From: Macrostomum hystrix
Lineage: Eukaryota > Animalia > Platyhelminthes
DNA length: 64,000 bases
Direction of reading: 5' to 3'
Assembly: GCA_950097015.1 (NCBI GenBank)
Contig: CATNEN010000003.1
Coordinates: 1,178,001-1,242,000, forward strand
Shown here: positions 23,001 through 34,537 of the stretch, in pieces
How the letters are laid out: each line of letters starts with the position of its first letter
Position numbering within the stretch: position 1 is the stretch's first letter
Position numbers and translations under genes: made by a program
The notes under the pieces: generated by a model
Told to the model about the DNA's origin: nothing
Databases searched by the model: none
The model's input: the letters and a program-made list of their open reading frames with translations, nothing else

Positions 23001-26000
23001 CCATCGAGGCTGTCGTTTGCCCGTAGCAACTATTTCGCGACCGACTGTGCGCTAGGGCCTACCTAGCCTCTACTACTATATACTATTACTAGCTCAAAAT
23101 GGTGCCTTCGACAATGTGCTTTTCGGAGCCTTTAGGCGAGCCCTGGAACGCTCGGCTACGCACGAGCACCTCACCCGCTGGATAATGTATATGATCTCTC
23201 ACCGAACTGCCACCTCGCACCTGCTTGGACACTCCCGTTCTGTGAATGTCCAGAAGGGAGGCCCGCAGGGTGGCGTTCTCAGTCCGATCCTTTGGAACCT
23301 TGTCATGGACGAGCTGCTCTGCAGCCCTGACCCGGACCCGGTCCAAAAAATCGGCTATGCTGACGACGTCACCGCCACCGTGGCCGGACCGTCTCCCCCG
23401 GTCCTTAGAGACCTTTTGCAAGCTTTCATCCACCGTGCCGAGCGCTGGGCCAATAGCTGCGGCCTCAAACTCTCTGAGTCCAAGACCGTCGCCATTATGT
23501 TCACCAGCAAACGAAACTGGAGGATTGAGCCTCTCCTTCTCTATGACAAACCCATCGCCATGGAGAAGCAAACCAGATGCTTAGGTGTCATCCTCGACCA
23601 CAGGTTGAGCTGGACACCTCACGTCAAATTCAAAACCCGTAAAGCTCTTGCGACGCTCGCGCAGATCCGCAGAGCCTTCGGCGCCACCTGGGGCCTCACC
23701 CCCCGCCGTCTCTGGTGGATTTACACTACCATTGTAAGACCGGCCATCTCTTTTGCCGGCTTCATCTGGAATAGTGCCCTGGAGACCAAAGGGGTCCTGG
23801 AGGCCCTAAACAAGGTGCAGGGCCGTGCTTGTCGAGCCATCATGAGTGCGGCACCCTCCACTCCCTTCGCTGGCATGAATGCCTTCCTGGACCTTCCCCC
23901 TTTAGATCTTTTTATCAAGGGGGAGGCGATGAAGACGGCTCGTCGTCTTCTGGACGCGGGCATCTCCATCCGGAAGCAACTTGCCTTCAGCAAGCGGAAC
24001 CTCCAGCCCCATGGCGACCTCAGCCTACGGGACCTGGACGCAGCAGGAGGTCTCAAAATTCTCTCCGACGGAATCCCGTCGACGCTGTGCCCACCGCAAA
24101 AATTCAAAACCAGCATTCCGCCTCGCCAGGAAGTACGTGACCACGGCCAACCCCGTGAAATTCACTGCTTCACCGACGGATCGCAAATCAACTCGGGCTC
24201 TGGTTTCGGCTACTGCATTATGTCCGGAGGGAAAACTGTGGCGACCTTCTCACAGCACACCGGCATAAACTCTACCGTTTTCCAGAACGAAGTTCTCGCC
24301 ATCAGCTCCTGCGCCCTGGAGCTGATCAACCAAAACGTCCACGGAGCAGAAATCTTCCTCCACTCGGACAGCCAGGCGGCGATCCATGCCCTTGGACGCA
24401 CGCACACCTGCTCGCGCACAGTCCTCGACTGCGTCGCGCAACTCAACCGCTTAGAGACCCACAACAAGGTGTCCCTAAGGTGGATTCCAGGGCACTCTGG
24501 CCACCCTGGTAACGAATTGGCCGACAGCCTCGCCAAGGCCGGTTCGACGGGTTCGCTTTTTGGCCCCGTACCTGCGGTCTCCACCCCTACCGCCGTCGTC
24601 AACACTCGGATTAACCAGTGGGTGACCTCAAAGCACAAGGACAGATGGATCAATACCGCCGATTGTCGGCAGTCTCGCGCTGCTGTCCCTTGTCCCTCCA
24701 CTGCCCTTCGCAAAGCCTTGCTTGGACTGAACCGCAAGGACATCAGGGCAGTTACCATGGCCCTCTCTGGCCATGGCTGTTTCGCCAGGCACCGCTTCCT
24801 GCAAGGCAAAATCCGCAGTGAGGAATGCCCCTTCTGCCTCTCCTATGTTGAGGATGCAGAGCATTTTATTTGCGACTGCCCCGCCTTCACTCAGGACCGG
24901 CTCACCTATCTCGGCCCAAACCCGGATCTCCCCGACGTTTTCAGGCCTGAGAACATCTGCCAGCTCGTCCGATACCTGAGGGCCACCGGGCGAGCAACCC
25001 TCCACCTCCTGGACTCTCCGGAGGAGGACCGCGCTGCGGACGCCGGCACCACCGGATCCCCCTGCGCGACACCGCAGCTCTAGTTGCCCGTGGTCGCCAG
25101 GGGCTAGCGGAATGGGCGGCAACGCCTCCCCGCTGCATCCGGAAGATGCCCCCTGTAGCTAAGTCAAAGTAAGTCAAGTACTAGCTCAAAATGAAAATAT
25201 TGATTTCAAAACCTTCTCAATGCGACTCCAGCGGCCGCTTCTGCCGAAGGCCTCCCAGCTTGCATTGCACGGATCCTCCAGCTGCAGCTCCAGCGGGAGG
25301 CTCGCAGCTCCGACCACCGACACGGGCGAGCCGACCGCACCAGCTGCCTGCCACTCATCGCCATCTGCAACACGAGTTCCATGCTGCTGCTCTCAGACTG
25401 ACTGTCTCAGACTGACTGTCTCAGACTGACTGTCTCAGACTGACTGTCTCAGACTGACTGTCTCAGACTGACTGTCTCAGACTGACTGTCTCAGACTGAC
25501 TGTCTCAGACTGACTGTCTCAGACTGACTGTCTCAGCATAGGTTATGAGAACAAATGAAGGTCGGCGTCACTCACCCCAGCCTCGCACGCTCACCCGATC
25601 CAGCACCATCGGCTGCCTCAGCTGCATCACAAGCCACCGAGGCCCGGACCGCACAGCAGCTGGGAATCGGTTTGTCTCCGACCGGCCATTCTGCCACCGC
25701 TGGCAGTCACCGTCCGGCTGCCAGGTGCGCACAATGTGTGACTTGCTGATCTGCACAGTAACATCTAGACGAGAAGATAATGATTGAATTTATATCTAAG
25801 CCTCTTTACTGTAAAGCTCGAACTGCCTTAGATGCCAGGGTAGGCACAACAATATTTATTTTGCTTTTCTCGTAGGCGAAAGCTAGACTAGTGAGTGAAA
25901 ATCTGTGAAAATACCTCGCGATCCCGAGCAGACTGTCGGCGCTGCACTCATAGAATGCTTCGTTAAAAGCAAAGCCATCAGAATCACGCTGACTGTAACT

Positions 26001-26008
26001 GGCTTCAT
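17096..26008 (-). CDS. Gene C: paralog of gene B, ~699 aa; exons 26008-25915, 25764-25576, 25364-25213, 21388-21322, 21158-20983, 20880-20733, 20626-20460, 20385-20220, 20132-19969, 19579-19438, 19339-19218, 18977-18782, 18252-18119, 17278-17096
   Basis: 14 exons with the same intron phases as gene B (2100 nt, open). Signal [21 protein letters not shown]; discoidin-like end KSVYLTGC; Ig-like [42 protein letters not shown]; [27 protein letters not shown]; tail with RPLPQRP, YSQI and YVNT. Confidence 0.85.
18360..18620 (+). mobile_element. SINE family 1 copy in gene C intron 12
   Basis: ccctgagctcgatt...catttggggcgcagcc...gagtgtacactgcctgacgat..gaaagtcagg...gcagaattgcctc, matching 54271-54634 and 60975-61258. 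Confidence 0.85.
21510..23086 (+). mobile_element. Degenerate RTE-like non-LTR retrotransposon with TAC/TAT-repeat tail, in gene C intron 3
   Basis: Frameshifted RT remnants ([33 protein letters not shown]-like) and 3' tail tactactatatactattact; 5' limit approximate. Confidence 0.8.
23101..25083 (+). CDS. Partial ORF2: reverse transcriptase - RNase H - zinc knuckle
   Basis: [19 protein letters not shown]; RNase H FTDGS / SDSQAA / [15 protein letters not shown]; CPFC...H...C; uninterrupted frame. Confidence 0.93.
   Translation, partial: GAFDNVLFGAFRRALERSATHEHLTRWIMYMISHRTATSHLLGHSRSVNVQKGGPQGGVLSPILWNLVMDELLCSPDPDPVQKIGYADDVTATVAGPSPPVLRDLLQAFIHRAERWANSCGLKLSESKTVAIMFTSKRNWRIEPLLLYDKPIAMEKQTRCLGVILDHRLSWTPHVKFKTRKALATLAQIRRAFGATWGLTPRRLWWIYTTIVRPAISFAGFIWNSALETKGVLEALNKVQGRACRAIMSAAPSTPFAGMNAFLDLPPLDLFIKGEAMKTARRLLDAGISIRKQLAFSKRNLQPHGDLSLRDLDAAGGLKILSDGIPSTLCPPQKFKTSIPPRQEVRDHGQPREIHCFTDGSQINSGSGFGYCIMSGGKTVATFSQHTGINSTVFQNEVLAISSCALELINQNVHGAEIFLHSDSQAAIHALGRTHTCSRTVLDCVAQLNRLETHNKVSLRWIPGHSGHPGNELADSLAKAGSTGSLFGPVPAVSTPTAVVNTRINQWVTSKHKDRWINTADCRQSRAAVPCPSTALRKALLGLNRKDIRAVTMALSGHGCFARHRFLQGKIRSEECPFCLSYVEDAEHFICDCPAFTQDRLTYLGPNPDLPDVFRPENICQLVRYLRATGRATLHLLDSPEEDRAADAGTTGSPCATPQL
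23102..25178 (+). mobile_element. 5'-truncated non-LTR retrotransposon (RT + RNase H + CCHC; I/LOA/R1-type) with a 15-bp TSD
   Basis: TSD TACTAGCTCAAAATG at 23087-23101 and 25179-25193; tail aagtcaaagtaagtcaag; ORF begins mid-RT at GAFDN. Confidence 0.95.
25392..25536 (+). repeat. 14-bp minisatellite (CAGACTGACTGTCT)n in gene C intron 2
   Basis: Same unit and same intron position as 13102-13738, but shorter. Confidence 0.98.
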
Positions 26009-29000
26009 TGCGCTTTTTACACTTGCTTTCGTGAATCTGGTATGCTTGTTGATACCATTCTGGCCAGCGCTAGAAATTTAACTTGCAAAATAAATTACAA
26101 TCATCGTTTTCAAACTATCTAGGCACCCAAACACAAATAGTACTTGTAAACTTCCTTTAGATTCAATATTTTGTATTGGCAGCAAAAACAGAAGTTCTAC
26201 ATGGAGTGAATGTCCATATTTGGAAAGCAGTGCATTTAAGATGCTATTATATTGTGTCTATCATTGCGCGTATAGCTATATAAAGGGCTTGTCTATTTTC
26301 CTTTTTATTCCATTTCTGAAACATCTTTTGTGAAAGTTTTTAAAGTCAGATTTTAGTTTATTTTATCGCATGATAAATCGTCATCGCATGATTTACACAT
26401 GAGTGCTATTTAGATGGAAAAAACGTATAGGTCTATAGCCGATATAGCCGATTAAAAATAATGTTTTTCTTCAAACTTAAGCCCAGATTTTCGGGGCTTT
26501 CCATTCTCGCGAGATTATGCGTGCCCACTCCCCCTGTCGTTGAGACTTCGTCTGAAACGCATTCGTATTTGCAAAGCGAAGTCCGCGACCGCATCCTCTT
26601 TGGCTGGTTGTTCCTGCTGTCTGCTCCAGTCGCGCTTCATCTGCACAGAATAAAAAACTATGTTCTTTTTTTAACAGGAGAACGACCAAGACGCTTTCCT
26701 TTTTTAATTCTGTATCCCGCACTATGTTCAACCAATCGCCATGAAAATCAAGAACACGGGCTAAACTTTTCTGCTCAATATGATAAAACTACCCACTGAA
26801 TCACAAAACTTCAGCATCGTCAAGATGTTCAGCGTCGGTGTGTCAGTTAGCAAGTACAACATATTCATCTTAGGGGCTACTGTTTTACAGCCATGTACGA
26901 GTATACCATATAAATGCATAAGGCGAAACTGCTGACTTTTAGCGTGAACTAGGCATAGGAACAAAATGTTAGGACGAAAAGTAACTAGCTTAAATCATTA
27001 CGAAAGACATTTTTCAGATGAAATGGTCCTCAAAATATTTCGTTTAGTTGCCAATCGTTTAAAAACTTTTAATTTTCGATGTGCTCTTTTTGAACGTACT
27101 TTTTCTAGGAATATGATTTTGACTGCTATTGGGTAGTTCTCAAAACTTGGGTTAGAGTTTATGAAGCAAAAGTAAAGTGCAAGATTTATTTTAAATACTC
27201 TGTAAAGTTTTATGATACTACTGTATATGCCTTAAAAGGCAATTTAAAGCACATAAAAACGTCCTGGGGATTTGTTATGGTGAATTTTGATCACTCGTTT
27301 AAGACACCGGAGAAAAAGCAATTTTTCGAAACAATGGACGCTATAATAGACAACTAAGTATAGATCCAATCTTAAACTGTTAAACTTAAAATTACAAAAT
27401 GTCACCGATAAATATTTCGCAACTGTCTAGCTAAATTACAAGGCAGTCGAAGCATAAAACTTACATAAATTTTAGGCGTGATGTGTTACAATGCACGACT
27501 ACCACAATAACAAAGTTGTATAGAAATCAGATGTTGTTATGTTGAATGTGAAATTAAAACATCATAATGTGGCTTATGATACAAAAGGGAAAGTTTGAAT
27601 AAATATTTTTTCGAGGGTCGTTCCCTGTATATGTATCTGTATCAGTATCTGAATGGTGTATCATGTAAATATTTACAAATGTATTGGAATAGTAATATAA
27701 AATAAATACAAATCTAAAAACACAATTACAATTTGTGTCTTTAAACAACTAAGCAGGGAAATGCATAAAACAGCTCAAATATCTTCCTTAACTGCTTCTT
27801 TTTTAGTAACAAGCTTTTAAATGTGTGAATGGAATTATTTTTATGGGTCTTCCAGAAAAAAATGTTACTAAATTTACTGTTTTAATTCATTTCTACATAA
27901 AAACTAAGAAAAGACGACAGAAAAATCGTTTATTTTAGAGCTGTATATGTGGAAATTATTTATTTTAATTCTCATGACGATATTGCACACTGTCGCAGAG
28001 AAATGACACTCTTCCAGGAGTCACTTTGTAGTGCCAAAGAGTAAGACATTTCTATATTCTTTAGAAATACCATTCCTCAGTACGAAGACAATATTGTATG
28101 AAGCTAAATTGGAAAAAAGCAAATAAAAATTTGCATTTTAGCTGGTTTTGTACTATAAATAACTACAAAATAAATTACTTCTCCAAGGCCTAAAGTTATT
28201 GATAGAGCAAAGTCTGCAAACGGTGTGAAAAATATGATCCAACTTTACAAGTTATTAATTAGTTATGTGCCCCTTAACAGAAGAAAATTATAAGGCAAAT
28301 GAACTTTTCATTGTTTTTTAACCTTGAAAGCAACTTAATACGCACTAAACTATTTAGTACCTGTAGGTTTCTTACAGAATCTATTAAGTTACTCAACAAT
28401 AACATTTTTAATTTTAATTAATCTTCAATGAATTATCGCGCAATCAATGGCTGCTAAGCAACAATAAATATATATATGGTGTCTTTTGTCTTATTTGATT
28501 TTCTTGTATTGATATTCGGGCCTTTAATGCTCTTTTGTTTATGATTTGGAAAATTTAGTGACGTTTTTTTGTTTTGATGCATCAACCGAAATTTTGAGAA
28601 CTACCCTAATTATGTGTTTGACTGCTCCTGATCTTTTAGGCTTCTTAATCAAAATTAAGTTGGTAAATTAGATTTATTATAGTTACCTTATATTTAACTA
28701 TTTGAATTAGTTTTCTCTCTATTTTTAAAATAATATTTAAAAAATATCCACCTTGTTATTTCCATGTGAATACTTTTTTTAAGTTTTGCAGTTTGTAAAT
28801 AGAATTTTTTCTTAACACACAACAACTGTGCTATGATCAAGACTCAATTACATGTTTTATGCAGCTAGCTAGTAAAAATTAACAGTAGCATTATCGACAA
28901 TGGACAGAGTATTGCTCTTAAAGAGTCTACATCAGTATCATAAAGTAAAGTTATTTTTATAGACACAAATGCAAACTTATTATTAACATCATAATAAATA

Positions 29001-29181
29001 TTTAGTCTTAGCAATGGGATACTATTAAAGCAATATCAATAAATAATTATTAATCAAACCCTGTTATATAATCTAGCTAGCTGATGCACTACATTTTTTG
29101 TCAATCCAACTTCTGAAATTGAGCAGTTTCTTATTCTACCATTTTCAGTTAATCAATCAACAACAAGCCAATTGAGCTAGC

Positions 29182-32033
29182 ATGGCATCTGCAGTGATTC
29201 GCAATGTTGGCAAGCTCAGCCCAACTCGCACTGCCCTATTCCTATGCGATATGCAGGAGAAATTTCGCAAGACCATCACCCACTTCCCAGAGATTGTGGC
29301 CACATCTGCGCGCATGCTCAGGGCTTGCCAGATTCTAAAAATGCCTATCATTGTCACCGAACAGTACCCCAAAGGTGAGCAGCTGAAGAAGCTATCGCTA
29401 TGGTGGAGATAAATAGTACTTAAGTAACCCATAGACAGTTAGGCCCAGATGTCCATGGACTGGGATCTGGCTCACCCAAATTTCTTCCTCATCTAATGTT
29501 TAACTATAATTCCCATAGAAGAATTTATTTATTACTGTTAGATTCGAACTTCAGACCTTTGGGAAATATATCTAAAGATTTGAGCTATAATTACTGATTC
29601 GAGTAAGCTCAATCAAAGCACACCCTGATGAGTGGCCGCTCATTCTATCGCTTCATTAAAATATAAGTTTCAAACGTAGAGGTTAACTGAATTAAACCTG
29701 AAGAATAAAACTGAATTACTATAATTAGAAGATAGTAGTACTAATATAGTTGCGTGCAAAGCTTTATTGCGAATAAATAAAATGTTTTATTCTTCGCGCA
29801 GGTCTGGGTCGCACTGTTCCTGAGCTCGGCGATCTCTCAGGTGTGACACTCGTAGACAAGACCCAGTTCTCCATGTGTGTTAACGCCGTCATGTCCGCCC
29901 TGCCTCCGGAGATTGACTCTGTTGTGCTGTGCGGCATCGAGGCTCACGCGTGCGTTCAGCAGACTGGGTTAGACCTGATGGAGAAGAACATTCAGGTGCA
30001 TGTAGTTGCCGACGCTGTTAGCTCTAGGAATCCTGTGGATAGGTGAGAGCTGAATCATTGCTCAACTTATGTTGTGAAAAACTGATTGAAAGGCTTCATC
30101 ATTGCTTAACGTTAAAAGCTCGAGATTTTATCAAGTACCTCTAGGCGCACGGTTTGGCAAAATTCCGGCCCGTGGGCCAGATGCGGCCCTCGAAGCTCCC
30201 AAATCCGGCCTGTTGCCATTTTAACTTCTACAGTATCCTGTCTCATCTTTCCCCTCGATCTCTCTCATCATCTCCCTCGGTCTTATATCTTCTCTGTCTC
30301 ATCTCTCCCCTGTCTTATCTATCCCGTGTCTCATCTCTCTCTCTCATCTGGAGATAGAGTCTCATCTCTCTCCCTGTTTTATGTCTCTCCTTTCTCATAT
30401 TCCTACAGTCAATGCGGCCCGCTTTCGTCTTCTATGTTCCCTCCGTGGCCCGCACGGAGAGCTTTAATAAGTTTGCCGACTGCTGCTCTAGCTGCAGGAC
30501 TGTTACTGCGTCTTTAAATATTCGTCGAAGAAATACACTATAGAGATAGGATATCTTCACTTCGGCATAGATGCGGATCCATGGATGAATGAATAGAATG
30601 GATTGCTATTCTGGCTCTGGCTATTTTCGTTTTTGACTCTTTTGCATCCGGTTCCCCCCGTGCCTTTTCATTGGTTGATGATTGCCATAGACAATTTTCG
30701 GCCTTCGCCCCTTTCTTTCGATGCACAAGCGCAAAGAACTGAGAATGTCGGTTACTTGCAGAGATTATCGAGCGCTCGTTATGTGTGTTGTTTTCCTGTT
30801 CCAATTTCACTCAATTTCACCATTCTAACAGTCTGTGTTGTCATGTACGTTAATAGAATTGTGTACCACAAGTTTTGATGTGTCGCTGAAGAAATAGAAC
30901 TTACTAAAAGGGCACACACAAAGGTACTCCCTCGATGATGAAACTGAACTTACTACTTAGGCCGGGAGAGTTCTGGGCGAAATAGAAGTTACTTGTGTTG
31001 AAATAGAACTTTAAAACCAATTTCATAACTCCAATAGTAAAATTCAGATAAAGCATCGCCAGTAATCCATTATTGTAGCATTGTCATCGCACCCTCATCA
31101 TCACCCTCGACATGAAAATCTGAAATCATTACTGTTGTAATTTGCAGGGGATTTGTTATCATTCCTCTGCTTCAATTAACAACTTCAATTGACAAACAAG
31201 TAACCAGAGAATAACGAGCGCTCGATAATCTCTGCAAGTAACCGACATTCTCAGTTCTTTGCGCTTGTGCATCGAAAGAAAGGGGCGAAGGCCGAAAATT
31301 GTCTATGGCAATCATCAACCAATGAAAAGGCACGGGGGGGAACCGGATGCAAAAGAGTCAAAAAGGAAAATAGCCAGAGCCAGAATAGCAATCCATTCTA
31401 TTCATTCATCCATGTGCGGATCAGACTCATATTTAGCTAATAGTTTCTCTATTTATAGCTCCATCGATTTATTCAATGCTTTATCTGTGAAAGCATCCAT
31501 TTCACATAAATTTATTATCTACATGCCCTCCTCTGATCCTAACAGTTGGAGCCTAATCAGTTGAGCTCCTAAAACAACAAAACCATTTGGAGACAAGCTT
31601 TTTGTTTATCGGACAATATGATTGATTTGTTAAGAAAACCTCGAAATACAATAAGAAAAACTTTAAATATAACAATGAATTATTAGGTTAAATTGCTTAC
31701 TGAAATATTTTGTTATAATTTCTGCCTTTGAAAAATTCGTGAAACTTATTTATCTTTTTTTGAAATTTCATTGCAGGGACGTCAATAGTGGCAGGTCAAT
31801 AATCATTTCGCTTTTAAAACTCTCATTAATTTTACTGTAGAATATTCGCGCTAGAACGTATGAAGTCAGCTGGCTGCTGGGTGACCACCTCGGAGTCAGC
31901 CATTTTGGGCCTGGTGCGTGACGCTTCGGATCCTCGATTCAAAGAAATCCAGAAGATTATCTGGGAGCCGTCGCCAGACTCAGGGCTGCTGCAACCCGGC
32001 GGTAGAGAATCAGACGGAGGACGCAAGATTTAA
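29182..32033 (+). CDS. ISOC2: Isochorismatase domain-containing protein; exons 29182-29374, 29802-30042, 31841-32033
   Basis: TALFLCDMQEKFR, VTEQYPKGLGRTVPEL, DKTQFSM, VLCGIEAHACVQQT, VVADAVSSR, TTSESAI; GT-AG introns are phase-consistent. ISOC1 versus ISOC2 not formally resolved. Confidence 0.92.
30146..30485 (+). mobile_element. hAT-type MITE (family of 41911-42532), degenerate
   Basis: ttggcaaaattccggcccgtgggccagatg...aagtttgccgactgctg; CT-rich core. Confidence 0.8.
30580..31414. mobile_element. Non-autonomous DNA transposon with ~200-bp TIRs and an 8-bp TSD (P-superfamily-like foldback)
   Basis: TIR CATGGATGAATGAATAGAATGG...; 30580-30782 is the inverse of 31211-31414; TSD TGCGGATC at 30572-30579 and 31415-31422. 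Confidence 0.9.
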
Positions 32034-33789
32034 ACCGATGAACCTTGTTTACATTAACATTTCACTCCTGTGCATTCTAGTAGCTCTAGATGTTATTTTC
32101 TGTTCACATTTAGGCCGTACAATTTCTTTGCTGTACTTTTGAAACACTATAAAGAAAACAAGGTTTTGGTAGTTATATCAGTATTTCGATCGACAAAGTG
32201 GTTGAAAAGCTATATGATATAAAGAAGTGTTCTATAATTAAAAAAATTAATTTTATATTAAACTGTATCGAAATCGAAACAACTATATTTTTTGTTTCAT
32301 GAATCGAGATTAATTATTCGAGGCCATTCATAAGAAATTAAAATAATTTCTGAATTCCCACGATGATTATTTATAATTTTACGAACTTTTATAATTAGTG
32401 CAAAAAACTAAGTTTTCTTTTTTGTAGTTCTTCAATTTTCCTTTTTAGGCTAGCTGAATACTTATCTATGCGATTCACAACGGAAAACATTGCGAATAGT
32501 AATTACGAAGTTTTATTAGCGCATTATTTATGTATAAATATGAAAGGTGTCTATACTTCTGTTTTGTAATGCAGTGATCAATTAGGCGGAAACTAGATCG
32601 GATAAAGAGATCATGCAAAAATTTAAAGAAATCTTAGTGTTTATATGAACGCCCAATATAAATTAGGATATCACCTCGCCGGTCCACTCTTTTTGCGAAT
32701 ACAGTACATATAACAAAAATTCACTGATTGCTCCTTAATTAACGTTAAAGTAGTCTTTTTTATGTATGAATGAAGAAAATCAGTAAAACCTTTCTCCTAT
32801 TTCTGTTATTTAGTGTTAAACTCAGCATCTTTTAATCTAGTTGCATCATTTTTTAAACTTGCATATTGGTCTGACGCTCCGAGATGAAATCTGGCCAGAG
32901 GTGTTAAACAGTTTTTCTGAAAAGTTTCTCTTCAGATCGATGCGAAATCAAGAATACCTGTCCAACTAAAGTCTAGCTTCTCTACATATAGCCTATTATG
33001 CGAATCCCTAACCTATATGACTCAATGTCAATAGACAGGTCACAGAAACATGATTTCAAGAGTTAGACTTTTGTAGAGAGATCAATCTTTGAGAGTCAAG
33101 AGTTAAAGTTCTAGAGGGGGGAGCGAGCTCTACTATTAATAAGGAAACAAGTGAAGTAAAACATTTTATGTCCTTGCTGGAATAAAAATATTGTAATTGT
33201 ATCTTGCCCACACTCCGTAAGATGTACATTACGCCGGATTAAATCCGGCGTACATTTGGCTTGGCTAACCCTTTCTTGGCGTACAGTTGGCGTACAAATT
33301 TTTTATGCGTCTGGTGTACAACTGGCGTAACTTGTGCGCTGGACCAGACCGACCGACAGTACGCCAGACTAATTGTACGACAGGCCAATTGTACGCCAGG
33401 CATTTAAAGTAAAAAAACAAAAATGTATAATAGCAATGAAATGAACTTAAAAATTAAAATCTAATCTAACCAAGTAATTGGCTTGCAAAAGCCGCAAACA
33501 AAACACAAAAAATGTCCTGTTACACAACACGTTAAACACAAATTACAATGACGATAGTATTTGAATTTAAAAAGATTTCAGAGCGGTCCAAATTAACAAC
33601 TTGTTTATTGTATTGTCAGCAATAAAAATATTTTGACAATTTATTTAGATTGAAAGTATCATATTGTTAAAAGAATGGCTGGGAAAGACGTAATATTGTG
33701 TACTTTTAAAAGAAAATTATTTTATTTGAATTTTTCGTTTTCGTTTTTCGTTCTAAATCTTAAGTGTGCTTGCTAGCTGCGTTAACAAG

Positions 33790-34242
33790 GGTACCTGGAC
33801 ACTTCGTCATCTTACAACTTCGTCATCCAGATGACGATCTGTCCAATATCTCAGAGGGTGGATGACAAAGAGCCTTAGACTTGTGGACACTTCGTCATCT
33901 ATAAAACAAAAGTTTTCAAAGTTAAAACAGAACCACCCCTCCCCACCTCCTCACATGAGTCACATCGTGTTGGCACCTATCTTTCAACTCTTATAATGAA
34001 ATCAGTTTTGACACCTCTTTTTGACAATTTAGAGTTTGAAGTGTGTTCACACCTCTGCCCCACCACCCTCACTTTATTGATGACGAACTTGATTGCTTAT
34101 TTGTTATTAGTAGATGTCAGATGACGAACTGACCAAACTTTAAAGCATGCCAATTGGCTGGATGACGAAGTGTCCTACCTTCCAAGTGAATGACGAAGTT
34201 GTAAGATGACGAAGTTGTAAGATGACGAAGTGTCTAGGATCC
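33790..34242. mobile_element. MITE with a 9-bp TSD (Mutator-like)
   Basis: TSD GTTAACAAG on both sides; TIR GG(TA/AT)CCT(G/A)GACACTTCGTCATCTTACAACTTCGTCATC. Confidence 0.85.
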
Positions 34243-34257
34243 GTTAACAAGTACTTG

Positions 34258-34537
34258 CATACATGCGCAACCTCCCAAATCTTAGGCCCTAGCTGGCCGT
34301 GCGACTTAGTTTTTGCTCTCATTTGCGACTTAGTTTGTTTCATTGCTCTATTTACGACTTAGTTTGCTCTCATTGGCTCTCTTTTTCTCTCCCCTTTTTT
34401 TCATTTCTTCACGCCTTCCTTTTTTGTCCCTTGGTCCCCCCTTTGATTTTTTTGCGCTTGGTCAATTGGTTTTTGCGACTTACCTTGCTTGGCCCTTGTT
34501 TCACCCGGCTGGTTCGGCCGGGTGTTGCGCATGTATG
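34258..34537. mobile_element. hAT-like MITE
   Basis: TIR CATACATGCGCAAC / GTTGCGCATGTATG; 8-bp TSD AGTACTTG / AGTACTCG (1 mismatch). Confidence 0.8.

Noticed and set aside
23721-25177. Antisense and alternate-frame ORFs over the retrotransposon
   Set aside because: Shadow ORFs of the GC-rich RT/RNase H coding sequence.
29620-29700. Hammerhead ribozyme (CTGATGA core)
   Set aside because: No correctly placed GAAA or stems I/III could be identified.
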